64,000 nt of DNA from Bdellovibrionales bacterium (GCA_023301025.1 JALZUR010000010.1:17791-81790), one strand, 5' to 3'. Shown: positions 27,415 to 36,587, counted from the stretch's first letter. Made by a program: numbers and translations. Notes: generated by a model not told the origin, from the sequence alone.

Positions 27415-28347
27415 TTATTTTTTATTGTATAAGGGGTGATGGATGTTTAAAGACTGACTCACGTCACTTATATCAAGGTGTGTGTATTTTTCTGTTGTAG
27501 ATATGTTTTTATGTCCCAAAAGTTCTTGAATTGAGCGAAGATTTACTCCTGATCTTAAGAGGTGAGTGGCAAAACTATGTCTTAAACTGTGAGGCCCGAT
27601 TTTTTTTTGTAAATGAAGCAAGCCTCTTTTGGAAACCCAACCATAAACCGTTCGAGTGTTAAGTGGTTTTTCTTGTTTTAAGTATATATCGCTCTTTGAT
27701 TTAGATATAAAGTAGATCAGTTCAAATATCTTGGTTGGTAGAACAATCCATTCTATTTTACCACCTTTTCGTTCAACAAGCAGAGATCTTTTAGCCTTAT
27801 CCAAATCCTTATACTTAGCTTTTGAGGCTTCTGAGACACGTAAGCCTCCGCCATATAAGAGTAAATTAACTAAAAGTTCATTAGAAAATCTTGTAGAACT
27901 GTCTTTATTTGAACTGTGATAGTCAGAAAGTAGGGATTCAAAGTAAAGTTCAACCTCTTCAAAGCTTAAGTAGGTAGGTATTTTTTGAACTTTTTTAACA
28001 GAATTTGGGAGTCTTAAGGCGTAGTTTTTAGGTGTAAATTCTTGTTCAAAAAGCCAGTTTAAAAAAACTCTTAAGGTTGTTATTCGTCTTTCTTTTGTGG
28101 CAGGGGAGAGCTTTGAAATTTTTTTTGGAAGCTCTTTTAAAAGCTCATCAATAGAGACCTTGGTGCCATTTTTTGGCATGTAGACAAGCTTTGTCTCTTT
28201 GAGTTTAATTGTAGTAAATTCATATGGCTTAAGTATTTGATTGAGATCACAAGCCATAGAACGCAGGCTGTTAGGGCGGTAGAAGAGAGAATTCCCTTTT
28301 AATTCTATAAACTTAAGTATGTGTATGCTTTTTACAAAAAATGTCAC
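27415..28347 (-). CDS. Tyrosine recombinase, XerC/XerD family
   Basis: Catalytic signature GGLRVSEA (R), HSLRHSFATHLL (H-x-x-R) and LGHKNISTTEKYTH (H, Y). Confidence 0.85.
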   Translation of the reverse strand: MTFFVKSIHILKFIELKGNSLFYRPNSLRSMACDLNQILKPYEFTTIKLKETKLVYMPKNGTKVSIDELLKELPKKISKLSPATKERRITTLRVFLNWLFEQEFTPKNYALRLPNSVKKVQKIPTYLSFEEVELYFESLLSDYHSSNKDSSTRFSNELLVNLLLYGGGLRVSEASKAKYKDLDKAKRSLLVERKGGKIEWIVLPTKIFELIYFISKSKSDIYLKQEKPLNTRTVYGWVSKRGLLHLQKKIGPHSLRHSFATHLLRSGVNLRSIQELLGHKNISTTEKYTHLDISDVSQSLNIHHPLYNKK

Positions 28348-28455
28348 TCTAGTAGATATTGTAAACTTTTTTAAGAAATTAGAAAAATTACTTGCTTATT
28401 TTATTTGCATGCAGTACCTTTAGTCCAGTGCTGCAGAGATGTGGTCTCAGATTAA

Positions 28456-28495
28456 GGGGGATAAAAAGCTTAGGCTTTTATCCCCCTTTTTTTTT
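28456..28495 (+). terminator. Strong intrinsic terminator with no upstream + strand CDS
   Basis: GGGGGATAAAAAGC / GCTTTTATCCCCC stem with one bulged A, followed by nine T. Confidence 0.7.
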
Positions 28496-28541
28496 GGTCT
28501 GAGATTTGCAATGTTTGTAGATATAAAAGGAGATTTTAAAT

Positions 28542-29606
28542 ATGACTTCAACCAAGTTTCCATTAGGTGGCCCAAGTAAGGTAATCAACACATCTGGAAA
28601 AAGTTTGCCAAGAATACCTTTGGGTCAATCACAGCAGGTTTTTTCAAATAAAGAGATCGTCTACGAGTCTGAAATAATGAATAAACTCATGGCCATGGTA
28701 GATCGTGTGTCTCCATCAAACGCTACAGTTTTAGTTTTAGGTGAGAGTGGTACAGGAAAAGAACTTGTCGCTCAGGCTATACATGAAAAATCTAAAAGAT
28801 CTCATAAGCCCTTTGTTGCAATTAACTGTGGTGCTCTAAGAGAAACTCTTTTAGAGAGTGAACTTTTTGGTCATGAAAAAGGTGCTTTTACTGGTGCTTA
28901 TGCTCAAAAGATTGGTTTAGCTGAAGCTGCTAATGGTGGAACTCTATTTTTAGATGAAATAGGGGAACTTACTCCAGGTATTCAAGCTAAAATCCTTAGA
29001 TTCTTACAAGAAGGTGAGATCTATAGAGTGGGTGGAAAAGAGCCAATCAAAGTTGATGTAAGACTTATCAGTGCTACAAACAGAGATTTGGAAAAAGAAG
29101 TTTTAGATGGAACTTTTAGAGAAGATCTTTATTACAGAATAAACACAATAGTCGTTAGCACTCCTCCTTTAAGAAAAAGAAAAGAAGATATTCCAGCTTT
29201 GATTGATTATTTTTTAACTACTGGAGCTCATAGATATTTAAACAGAGGTTTAAAAGTTTCTCCTGAGGCGCTACAAGTTTTAGTTAACTACGACTGGCCA
29301 GGTAACATTAGAGAGCTTCAAAACGTTTGTGAACGTTTACAGATTTTATCAGAAGGTGAAACTGTTCAGATCACAGATCTTCCTGAGTTTGTAAAAACTC
29401 CTGAAGAAAAGCTTTTTATTGATGACTATGATCCATCAATCACTCTTCATGAGTTAGAAAGAAAGTATATCTTAAAAGCTTTAAGTCATTTTGAAGGTAA
29501 CAAAACTCAAGCGGCTCAAGCTTTAGGTGTAACTATAAAAACACTTTATAATAAGCTCCATCAGTACGGTGAGTTTGATAAATTCGCTATTCATTCTAAA
29601 ACGTAA
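28542..29606 (+). CDS. Sigma-54-dependent transcriptional activator (bEBP) lacking a sensory domain
   Basis: Walker A GESGTGKE, GAFTGA loop, Walker B LFLDEIGEL, C-terminal Fis-type HTH. Only ~45 aa precede the AAA+ core. Confidence 0.9.
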   Translation: MTSTKFPLGGPSKVINTSGKSLPRIPLGQSQQVFSNKEIVYESEIMNKLMAMVDRVSPSNATVLVLGESGTGKELVAQAIHEKSKRSHKPFVAINCGALRETLLESELFGHEKGAFTGAYAQKIGLAEAANGGTLFLDEIGELTPGIQAKILRFLQEGEIYRVGGKEPIKVDVRLISATNRDLEKEVLDGTFREDLYYRINTIVVSTPPLRKRKEDIPALIDYFLTTGAHRYLNRGLKVSPEALQVLVNYDWPGNIRELQNVCERLQILSEGETVQITDLPEFVKTPEEKLFIDDYDPSITLHELERKYILKALSHFEGNKTQAAQALGVTIKTLYNKLHQYGEFDKFAIHSKT

Positions 29607-29617
29607 GTGCTTTGACC

Positions 29618-29637
29618 CCAAGGTTTAGACACCTTGG
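29618..29637 (+). terminator. Possible terminator hairpin after the bEBP gene
   Basis: CCAAGGT / ACCTTGG 7-bp stem with a weak T-rich tail. Confidence 0.4.
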
Positions 29638-29956
29638 TTACGTAATTTTCTACACTCAATAATGCTTTACATGCTGAGGCCTGAGTTTGATGCAATATTG
29701 TTTTAATTTTTTTCAATCTCCTGCCTTATAGTATTTCAAAAACTGTATCAGCATTAAAAAAATCATTCGTGTAGACGTAGTCTTTTTCTAAGGTGGTCAC
29801 AAAAATTTTCTACATTCCGTTTGATTGAGAGCTGCTGAGTCTTTTAAGTTCTTTAAAATTGTATTGTGAAATGTAAACTTATTATACAAAATTAAAATTT
29901 TTTCAAAAAGTCTAAGATAACAAACAGTCCTTTTAATTACATGATAAAAATTAAAG

Positions 29957-31252
29957 ATGTTTTTATGTAGATTAGGGTTAATATTTTTTTTGTTTTTTTC
30001 GTTTTCTAGTGGTTTTGCTTCCACGTGTTCAGAAGTGCTTAATACTAAACCGTTATTTTCATTAACTTTATTAGAATCTTTAAAAACACTGAACATCAAT
30101 CATCTTATTACAAAAGTAGTTCTAAACTCATTTGAAAATATTAGAGAGCTTAGCCCTAATGCCACTCTTAAAGCATACACGATTTTAGATAGAGAATATC
30201 TTTTATCAAAGGGCTTTGTGATTGAAGAATTTAATGAAAATCAGATTGTAGTAGAAACAGATTTTGGTTTTTCTGTTTTAAATGAGGAAGAATTTAAAGC
30301 TTGGGTTGAGCTAGAAGAAATTATAGATGACGATTCAAAAGCACAGTTTTTTGTTGAAGAAGCAGCTTTTACAGAGATGGTTTATCCAGGAATAACAAAC
30401 CAAGCTTCTGATTGGTTGAAGTTTTCGGCTTATACTCATTTTCACGCGCAAGAATTAGCGGAAAATTTTTTTAAAAAAAGAAGAGTCTCACAGGATGTAA
30501 TTTTAGCTCGAAGAAAAAAAGAGTATTCAAAACTCAGTAACAAAACAGATCAGTATATGTTTCCCTTTGACTACGGCTTGGATATTGGGGAAGTCTCAAT
30601 TTCAAAGGTAAATGCACAGATTGTTTTAAAAACTCTTTCAAGACATTTTATGCTCTACAATTTATATGTTAAAAAGACTAATGAAGAAGGTGAGTTTTAT
30701 TATCAAAAACTTAGAGAAGTTGTTGATCAAGACAGCTTAATTCTATTTAGTCGTTTTCCTGAACTTTTAAGAATCTTCCCTTTATTTGAAGGTGGGCATT
30801 TCTCTATCAATAGGCGAACTGAATATATTGGGAGTGAAGATCAGTATATACTCTCGGATGTTAAATTGAGAGCAATACAAATTAAGCAATTCAAAATGCT
30901 CAAAAATTTTGTTATTTATGCTTTTGATGACGAAGATCAAGAGGGTTCAGGTGTAGAGTTAAAAGCTGTTTTGAATATGACTTTTGAAAATCCTACAGAG
31001 GCTTTAGATAGATTAGGAGCAGCTAGTGTTGAATCCTCTTTTTTAAATGAGATGTTAAGCTATGATCATGTTTTGAAGCGTTATATCAAAGAGTTTAACG
31101 AAATTACGGGATATAATTTGCAAATTGGTGTTTTTGTTTTGGGCGATCAAGTTGATTTTATGACAAGAGAGTATAAATTTAAGTTTGTTGGTGTTGAAAT
31201 TGAACCTTATGTCCAAGCTGCTTTTTATTTATTCATAGCCTTTAAAATTTAG
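29957..31252 (+). CDS. Secreted protein, uncharacterised paralog family (member 1)
   Basis: Signal peptide. Shares ordered blocks with 42435-43826 and 43829-45217: VETDFGF, DWL(K/R), F(M/I)FPF, SRFPEL, GHF, TGY.L, AFY.F. Confidence 0.7.
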   Translation: MFLCRLGLIFFLFFSFSSGFASTCSEVLNTKPLFSLTLLESLKTLNINHLITKVVLNSFENIRELSPNATLKAYTILDREYLLSKGFVIEEFNENQIVVETDFGFSVLNEEEFKAWVELEEIIDDDSKAQFFVEEAAFTEMVYPGITNQASDWLKFSAYTHFHAQELAENFFKKRRVSQDVILARRKKEYSKLSNKTDQYMFPFDYGLDIGEVSISKVNAQIVLKTLSRHFMLYNLYVKKTNEEGEFYYQKLREVVDQDSLILFSRFPELLRIFPLFEGGHFSINRRTEYIGSEDQYILSDVKLRAIQIKQFKMLKNFVIYAFDDEDQEGSGVELKAVLNMTFENPTEALDRLGAASVESSFLNEMLSYDHVLKRYIKEFNEITGYNLQIGVFVLGDQVDFMTREYKFKFVGVEIEPYVQAAFYLFIAFKI

Positions 31253-31432
31253 AGTCTTATGTTTTTAGGAGAAATTCTTGGAAGCACTAGCTTTTATTTT
31301 ACGTAAATTTTCCATTTTTTTGGCCTTGGTGAAAGATCTTCTTCTTCGTTTGAAGGAGCCTGATCTAAATGAAGGCCATGAACATAAGTAAAAATTTGTA
31401 GTTAAATTACATTTAGTTATAAAACTTAAAAG

Positions 31433-31456
31433 CTCAGCACTATGCTGGTTTTTTTT
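31433..31456 (+). terminator. Rho-independent terminator
   Basis: CAGCA-CTA-TGCTG hairpin followed by G and eight T. Confidence 0.5.
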
Positions 31457-31588
31457 CGCATAAATTAAATTAAATTAAAATTTGTTTAATTTATAATCTA
31501 AATATCATGGACTTAGCTTAATTATTAGTTAGATAATAAACTTATTATAAAAATAGTTTTGTAATGAAAACCTAGGAGGGGGGATCCT

Positions 31589-33169
31589 ATGTTTAAAATA
31601 CAGGTCTTAATGTTTGTTTTACTAGCATCTGCAGTGTCTCACGCAGATCAAGAGCGTTTCTGGACAAGTGACTCAGAGAAACTACAAAAAATTAAAGAAA
31701 ATTCAATTTCAAAAGAAATATGCAATGAAGTTGAGTTTAAAGAGCTTACAGAAAATTATGTATTTTCTTACAATGATGAGGGTGAGGTTTGCAGCGTATA
31801 CGATCTTAGTTTTTCTAACTTAAGATCGCTCTTAAAAACAAAAGCGGTAACAGAGCTAAGAGTGACTAGCCCAAAGCTTAGTGATTATAAGATATTCTTA
31901 GATGGTGAGGCTAATGAAGACATAGCAAGAGAGTTTGTTAAAGGTAAAACTCTTTCTTTAGATAAATCTTGGTATTCTAACCTCAGCTTTAAAAATAAGA
32001 ATGTATTAGAAAAAAATAAAGAGGGCTTAGTTAAAGAGTTTAGTTTTTCTGATATTGAAATTTTTAAAGAAGATATTGAATTTAGTGCCAAAGACAAAGA
32101 ACTGCTCAGCACACTTTTAGACTCATCAAAACGGAGTAGAGCATTTATAGACAATCCAAAGTCTATTTTAGGAGGCATTCAGTTTAAATATGACTCTTTA
32201 AAAAAGTCTTATAAGGTGTTTTTTGATTTAGACTTTTTACCTTTAAATGGACCTGTAAAACTTGTTGATCATGAAATTCAGTACAGGGTTTGGATGACTG
32301 CTAAGATTAGAGGTATTGTTAGATTTACTTTGAACACAGTTTTAGGAACAGTGTCGACCTCTCAAACAGGACGAATCGCAAGCTATGTTGTTAATGAAGC
32401 TTTTGATGCAATTGAAATGACTTATGCGTATCAATCTACAAAGTTTGAAAAAGCACTTCATATGGCTCTCAACGGAGATCTTAAAACAAATATTTCAAGA
32501 GAAGACTTACAAAATTCATTATATCTTCTTTATATAAAAGATAATGGAACTTTTATTAATATTATTTCATCAGGGGTGCAGAACCAAGTTATAAACATTG
32601 ATAATTTATACACCTTTGGAAAAAGTTCAGCTTTAAATGCTTATGCCTTAAGACAAAATATAAGTGATACAAATTACTCAAGAATGTACTACAAAGAGAA
32701 GTGTGATTTAGAAACCTATGCGTATTATTTTGCGAAGTGTGAGAATCAAGGTGCACTTTACTCTTTGATTTCTAACAAGCAGGTTTTCTTATGGTCTTTT
32801 GGAAACCCTAAAATTTATAATTTCGATAGGCCTTGGGAAGTCTTTTTAATGAGGTCTGCGACATATCTATTAGCAGGAGCTGTTGAAGTAAACTTCTTGA
32901 GTTTTCCAAACTGGATTTCTAATCAAGTCTCGCAAGCTTTAAAAAGTTACTCTCAATCTGGTTTATTGGATGAAGCCTACTTAGTATCTGAACTTCAAGC
33001 AAATGAGAGTTTAGATTCAATGCAAAAATTAATCTTAGATGAAATTATGAGTAAAAGTGCACTTTCTTTTATACCAAGAAGTGTCCAGTCTCTTAACAAA
33101 TTACGAGATGTAAATAAAGTTCTTTTGAATAAAAAGTTTGAAAATCAAAAAGTATCAGGGGTGGAATAA
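31589..33169 (+). CDS. Secreted protein, unknown function (526 aa)
   Basis: Signal peptide MFKIQVLMFVLLASAVSHA, very strong SD (AGGAGGGGGG), four Cys. Confidence 0.65.
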   Translation: MFKIQVLMFVLLASAVSHADQERFWTSDSEKLQKIKENSISKEICNEVEFKELTENYVFSYNDEGEVCSVYDLSFSNLRSLLKTKAVTELRVTSPKLSDYKIFLDGEANEDIAREFVKGKTLSLDKSWYSNLSFKNKNVLEKNKEGLVKEFSFSDIEIFKEDIEFSAKDKELLSTLLDSSKRSRAFIDNPKSILGGIQFKYDSLKKSYKVFFDLDFLPLNGPVKLVDHEIQYRVWMTAKIRGIVRFTLNTVLGTVSTSQTGRIASYVVNEAFDAIEMTYAYQSTKFEKALHMALNGDLKTNISREDLQNSLYLLYIKDNGTFINIISSGVQNQVINIDNLYTFGKSSALNAYALRQNISDTNYSRMYYKEKCDLETYAYYFAKCENQGALYSLISNKQVFLWSFGNPKIYNFDRPWEVFLMRSATYLLAGAVEVNFLSFPNWISNQVSQALKSYSQSGLLDEAYLVSELQANESLDSMQKLILDEIMSKSALSFIPRSVQSLNKLRDVNKVLLNKKFENQKVSGVE

Positions 33170-34596
33170 TGAAATCTTTTAAAGCTTTAGCAATTTTATT
33201 ATTTTCTATCCACTCATATGCTCAAGGTGATACTTCAGTCAAAGTTGGAGTTGTAGACTCTGGCTTTTACATGAAGCACACACTTTTAAAAGATCAACTT
33301 TGGACAAATATAGAAGAGTTAGACAACCGTTTAGATGATGATGGTAATGGCTATGTTGATGACTTTCACGGATGGAACTTTGCTGAAAATTCAAAATTTT
33401 TATTTGATATTGAAGAGGTTCAAGGGATTCAACCAATCACCTTTAAACTTATGTCTATTGCTTCAAAAATGTCAGCTGGTATTGAAACAGAAGATGAAAA
33501 AAAGTTTATAGAAGAAAACCTTATTAATCTTCCTATTCCAGAGCGAAACAAAAGAATTGCTGAACTTAATTTTTATGGACAGTATGCTCATGGTACTCAT
33601 GTAGCAGGCCTTATTGCTAAAAATGATCCAACAGCAAAACTTGTAAACCTTAAGTTTTTTCCAGCATCGTATTCGCCTGTAAGGTCATCTCTTAAAAACT
33701 TTACTAAGGGATTAGTCTCGACTATAGAAAATTTTATATTCGAAACTGTTGCAAAGGTTACTAACCAGAGCTTTCAGCTTGCAGGAGATTATATCAGTGA
33801 TAAGAAAGTTGACGTGGTTAACATGAGTTTAGGTATACCCATGGATAGGCTTGCCTCATTTGCTTTGATTGCTAAAGGCAATTTAAAACCAACTGATGAA
33901 GAGCTCTCAATTGAGAGTCAAAAAATATACAAGAAGTTTGAAGAACAAGCTCTAGTTTGGATTTCAAAAGCAGAAGATACTTTGTTTATTGCAGCCTCTG
34001 GAAATTCAGGACTTAATAATGATGTAATCCCAGCATTTCCTGCAAACGTTGATCATCCCAACATGATTTCAGTAGGAGCCTCAGTGGGGTATGACTTTAT
34101 GCCAGAGTTTTCAAATTACGGAATGAGTGTAGATCTCGTAGCTCCTGGAACAGCTGCACTAAGTTCCGCCCCTGGACCAACTGATGATTTTGAAATTGAA
34201 ATGACAGGAACCTCAATGGCAGCCCCCTATGTTGCAGGAGTGGCATCTGGTATTTTAACTAGAAACCCAAGGCTAACACCTGTTGAGGTTAAGAAAATTC
34301 TTTTAGAAACTGTTGATGTCAAAGAGTGGCTTAAGGAAAAAGTACTGACTTCAGGAATTGTTAATAAAGACAGAGCATTTCTTGCAGCAGAGCTTTCAGT
34401 TGATGGTGACCTTGATCAGGTTATTTTATTTTCAAAAACAAAGATTTTGGATGTAGAGCCTTCAGGGTTACAAACCGTTACTGATAGTCTTTTTAGCCCT
34501 TTAAGAGCTCGTTTTTCTAGCAAAGAAGATCGTAATGCACAAAGTATAATAAGTAGAGCCTTAGGTTTAAGCTTTTCAAAAGATATTGAAGAGTAG
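33169..34596 (+). CDS. Subtilisin-like serine protease (S8 family)
   Basis: Signal peptide. Catalytic D30 (VGVVDSG), H141 (HGTHVAG), N (ASGNSG) and S349 (GTSMAAPYVAG). The ATG overlaps the upstream stop as TAATG. Confidence 0.9.
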   Translation: MKSFKALAILLFSIHSYAQGDTSVKVGVVDSGFYMKHTLLKDQLWTNIEELDNRLDDDGNGYVDDFHGWNFAENSKFLFDIEEVQGIQPITFKLMSIASKMSAGIETEDEKKFIEENLINLPIPERNKRIAELNFYGQYAHGTHVAGLIAKNDPTAKLVNLKFFPASYSPVRSSLKNFTKGLVSTIENFIFETVAKVTNQSFQLAGDYISDKKVDVVNMSLGIPMDRLASFALIAKGNLKPTDEELSIESQKIYKKFEEQALVWISKAEDTLFIAASGNSGLNNDVIPAFPANVDHPNMISVGASVGYDFMPEFSNYGMSVDLVAPGTAALSSAPGPTDDFEIEMTGTSMAAPYVAGVASGILTRNPRLTPVEVKKILLETVDVKEWLKEKVLTSGIVNKDRAFLAAELSVDGDLDQVILFSKTKILDVEPSGLQTVTDSLFSPLRARFSSKEDRNAQSIISRALGLSFSKDIEE

Positions 34597-34701
34597 CTAA
34601 GGTTTACTAAACGTTATATTTTTTAGAAGTTAGTCTCACTTTGACTGGCTTTTTGCCATAAGTTTGAGGATTGTTAACTTATACTGCAAGTTTAAGTTAA
34701 T

Positions 34702-35226
34702 ATGAACGAAGCACAGATTTCAAAGTTTTTAGAAGCTATTATATCTTCACATGATTTAAAGATTAAAGAGTACTTAGAAGACTCAAATTGCCTTATGGTT
34801 ATATTCTTAAGGCATTTTGGTTGTACCTACTGCAGAAAAACGCTTGCCTCTTACAAAACCTTTGCTGAAAGCCAAAAACATAGAAACTTCTCACCTCTTT
34901 TCATCCATATGTCTTCGACCAGAGATGGGACTGATATGCTTCAAACCTACGGTCTTGGTGGGGTGGCCCATATTTCTGATCCGCAGCAAGAGCTTTATCG
35001 CCTTTTCTCACTTGATAGAGGGGGCTTGCTTCAGCATTTTGGACCAAAAGTTTTAGCTAAGAGCTTTAAAGATTTGTTTAAATACGGAGTAGGTGGTCTG
35101 ATGGGTGATGGTTTTCAAATGCCGGGTGTTTTTGTAGTTAATAAAGCCGGTGTTGTCTCCTCATTTATAAACGAGACTGTTGCTGATGATGTAAATTTTG
35201 AACAGTTGCTTGAAAGGGTTTCTTGA
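34702..35226 (+). CDS. Thioredoxin-fold, peroxiredoxin-like redox protein
   Basis: FLRHFGCTYC CxxC-type motif in an AhpC/TSA-like context. Confidence 0.6.
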   Translation: MNEAQISKFLEAIISSHDLKIKEYLEDSNCLMVIFLRHFGCTYCRKTLASYKTFAESQKHRNFSPLFIHMSSTRDGTDMLQTYGLGGVAHISDPQQELYRLFSLDRGGLLQHFGPKVLAKSFKDLFKYGVGGLMGDGFQMPGVFVVNKAGVVSSFINETVADDVNFEQLLERVS

Positions 35227-36587
35227 TGAAAGTTTTACTCACTGGTGCTACAGGTTATGTTGGACAATTTGTAGGTAGAGATCTTGTAAAAAAAGGCCAC
35301 TCAGTTGTTGCCCTTAGCAGAAAGCCAAAAACTGCAAAATTATCCTACCCTGCCGAAAAAATAAATCTAGAAGAGCTTAAAACTTTAGAAGGTGTTGAAG
35401 CCGTGGTTCATCTAGCTGGGGCCTCTATAGCTGAAAAACGATGGAGCTCTAGTTATAAAAAAGTTCTTTACTCTTCCAGGGTTGATTTTACAAAAAAGAT
35501 TATCAAAAACTTAGACCAAAAGAGCTTAAAAACATGGGTGCAGATGTCAGCTACTGGTTTTTATAAGCCGATCAATATTGAGTCTTCCAGAAAAGATCCC
35601 AAAATCACTGAAGACAATGGTGTAAAGGCTGATAGTTTTTTAGGTGAACTTGTAGAAGATTGGGAAGCCAGCATCGATGAATTACAGGTTCGCAAAACTG
35701 TGCTTCGTATGGGTATGGTTGTTGGTAAGGGCTCTCAAGGCCTAGATAAAATGGCTCCACTTTTTAGATCAGGTTTAGGTGCAGTATTAGGATCAGGTAA
35801 GCAATACATGCCTTGGGTTCATGTTTTAGATGCTGTTTCTGTAATTGATAAAGCTCTTAACGATGAGTCTTTTAATGGTATTTATAACTTAACATCTCCT
35901 GAACGTGTTCAAAATAAAAGTTTCACAAACAGTATAGTTGAAATCTTAGATGCTCCACACATTCTACCGCCAGCTCCAACGTTTTCATTAAAGTTATTGT
36001 ACGGAGAGATGTCACAAATTCTTTTAAGCTCTTTGCCTGTTTACCCAAAGCGACTTGTAGATGCGGGTTTTTCTTTTGAGTTTTCCAATCTAAAGGAGGC
36101 GCTAAAAGAAGCACTCCCAAAGCTTGAAACTGGTGAGAGCTCTCTAGTTAGAAAACAGTGGATTCCAAAGTCCGTAGATGAGACATTTGAGTTTTTTCAA
36201 AACGAAAAAAACCTAGAAGAGATCACACCACCTTCACTTAATTTTAAAGTCTTAAAAAAATCCACTGATGTTCTGGAAAAAGGAACACTGATTGATTATA
36301 AACTTAAGATCAATGCTGTTCCAGTAAGGTGGAGAACATTGATTAAAACTTGGTCGCCTCCGCACAGTTTTTCAGACTTTCAGATCAAAGGGCCTTACAC
36401 TAAGTGGTTTCACACTCATACCTTTGAAATTTTAGGTGAAGGCACGTTGATGGAAGATGTTGTGATTTACAAGCTTCCTTTTGGCTTTTTAGGCCGGTTA
36501 ACTGCTTTGTGGTACGTTAAAAAAGATGTGAACAAAATCTTTAACTATCGTTTTGATAAGGTAGAAGAGATTTTCAAAGATCTTTAA
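35226..36587 (+). CDS. TIGR01777-type NAD-binding epimerase-like protein fused to a C-terminal SRPBCC (cyclase/START-like) domain
   Basis: GATGYVGQ Rossmann motif and a YfcH-like body of ~300 aa, then a ~150-aa SRPBCC-like segment. The ATG overlaps the upstream stop as TGATG. Confidence 0.7.
   Translation: MKVLLTGATGYVGQFVGRDLVKKGHSVVALSRKPKTAKLSYPAEKINLEELKTLEGVEAVVHLAGASIAEKRWSSSYKKVLYSSRVDFTKKIIKNLDQKSLKTWVQMSATGFYKPINIESSRKDPKITEDNGVKADSFLGELVEDWEASIDELQVRKTVLRMGMVVGKGSQGLDKMAPLFRSGLGAVLGSGKQYMPWVHVLDAVSVIDKALNDESFNGIYNLTSPERVQNKSFTNSIVEILDAPHILPPAPTFSLKLLYGEMSQILLSSLPVYPKRLVDAGFSFEFSNLKEALKEALPKLETGESSLVRKQWIPKSVDETFEFFQNEKNLEEITPPSLNFKVLKKSTDVLEKGTLIDYKLKINAVPVRWRTLIKTWSPPHSFSDFQIKGPYTKWFHTHTFEILGEGTLMEDVVIYKLPFGFLGRLTALWYVKKDVNKIFNYRFDKVEEIFKDL

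Noticed and set aside
27415-28347. Tyrosine recombinase as a marker of an integrated mobile element
   Set aside because: It has full XerC/D-like catalytic motifs. The flanking genes are housekeeping (recO, gmhB), and I saw no phage or plasmid genes and no flanking direct repeats. It is most simply a chromosomal Xer-type recombinase. The in-frame A9 run at 27600-27608 is currently intact.
29797-30099. 100-aa minus-strand ORF overlapping the start of paralog member 1
   Set aside because: It overlaps the signal-peptide-coding region of a gene whose family has three members. Its composition is typical of AT-rich intergenic read-through, and it has no SD.
31260-31400. Very short ORFs (15-16 aa) and a start-less Arg/Lys-rich reading frame in the gap between member 1 and the 526-aa gene
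   Set aside because: There is no SD, no conservation evidence and no start codon for the longer frame. They cannot be distinguished from chance.
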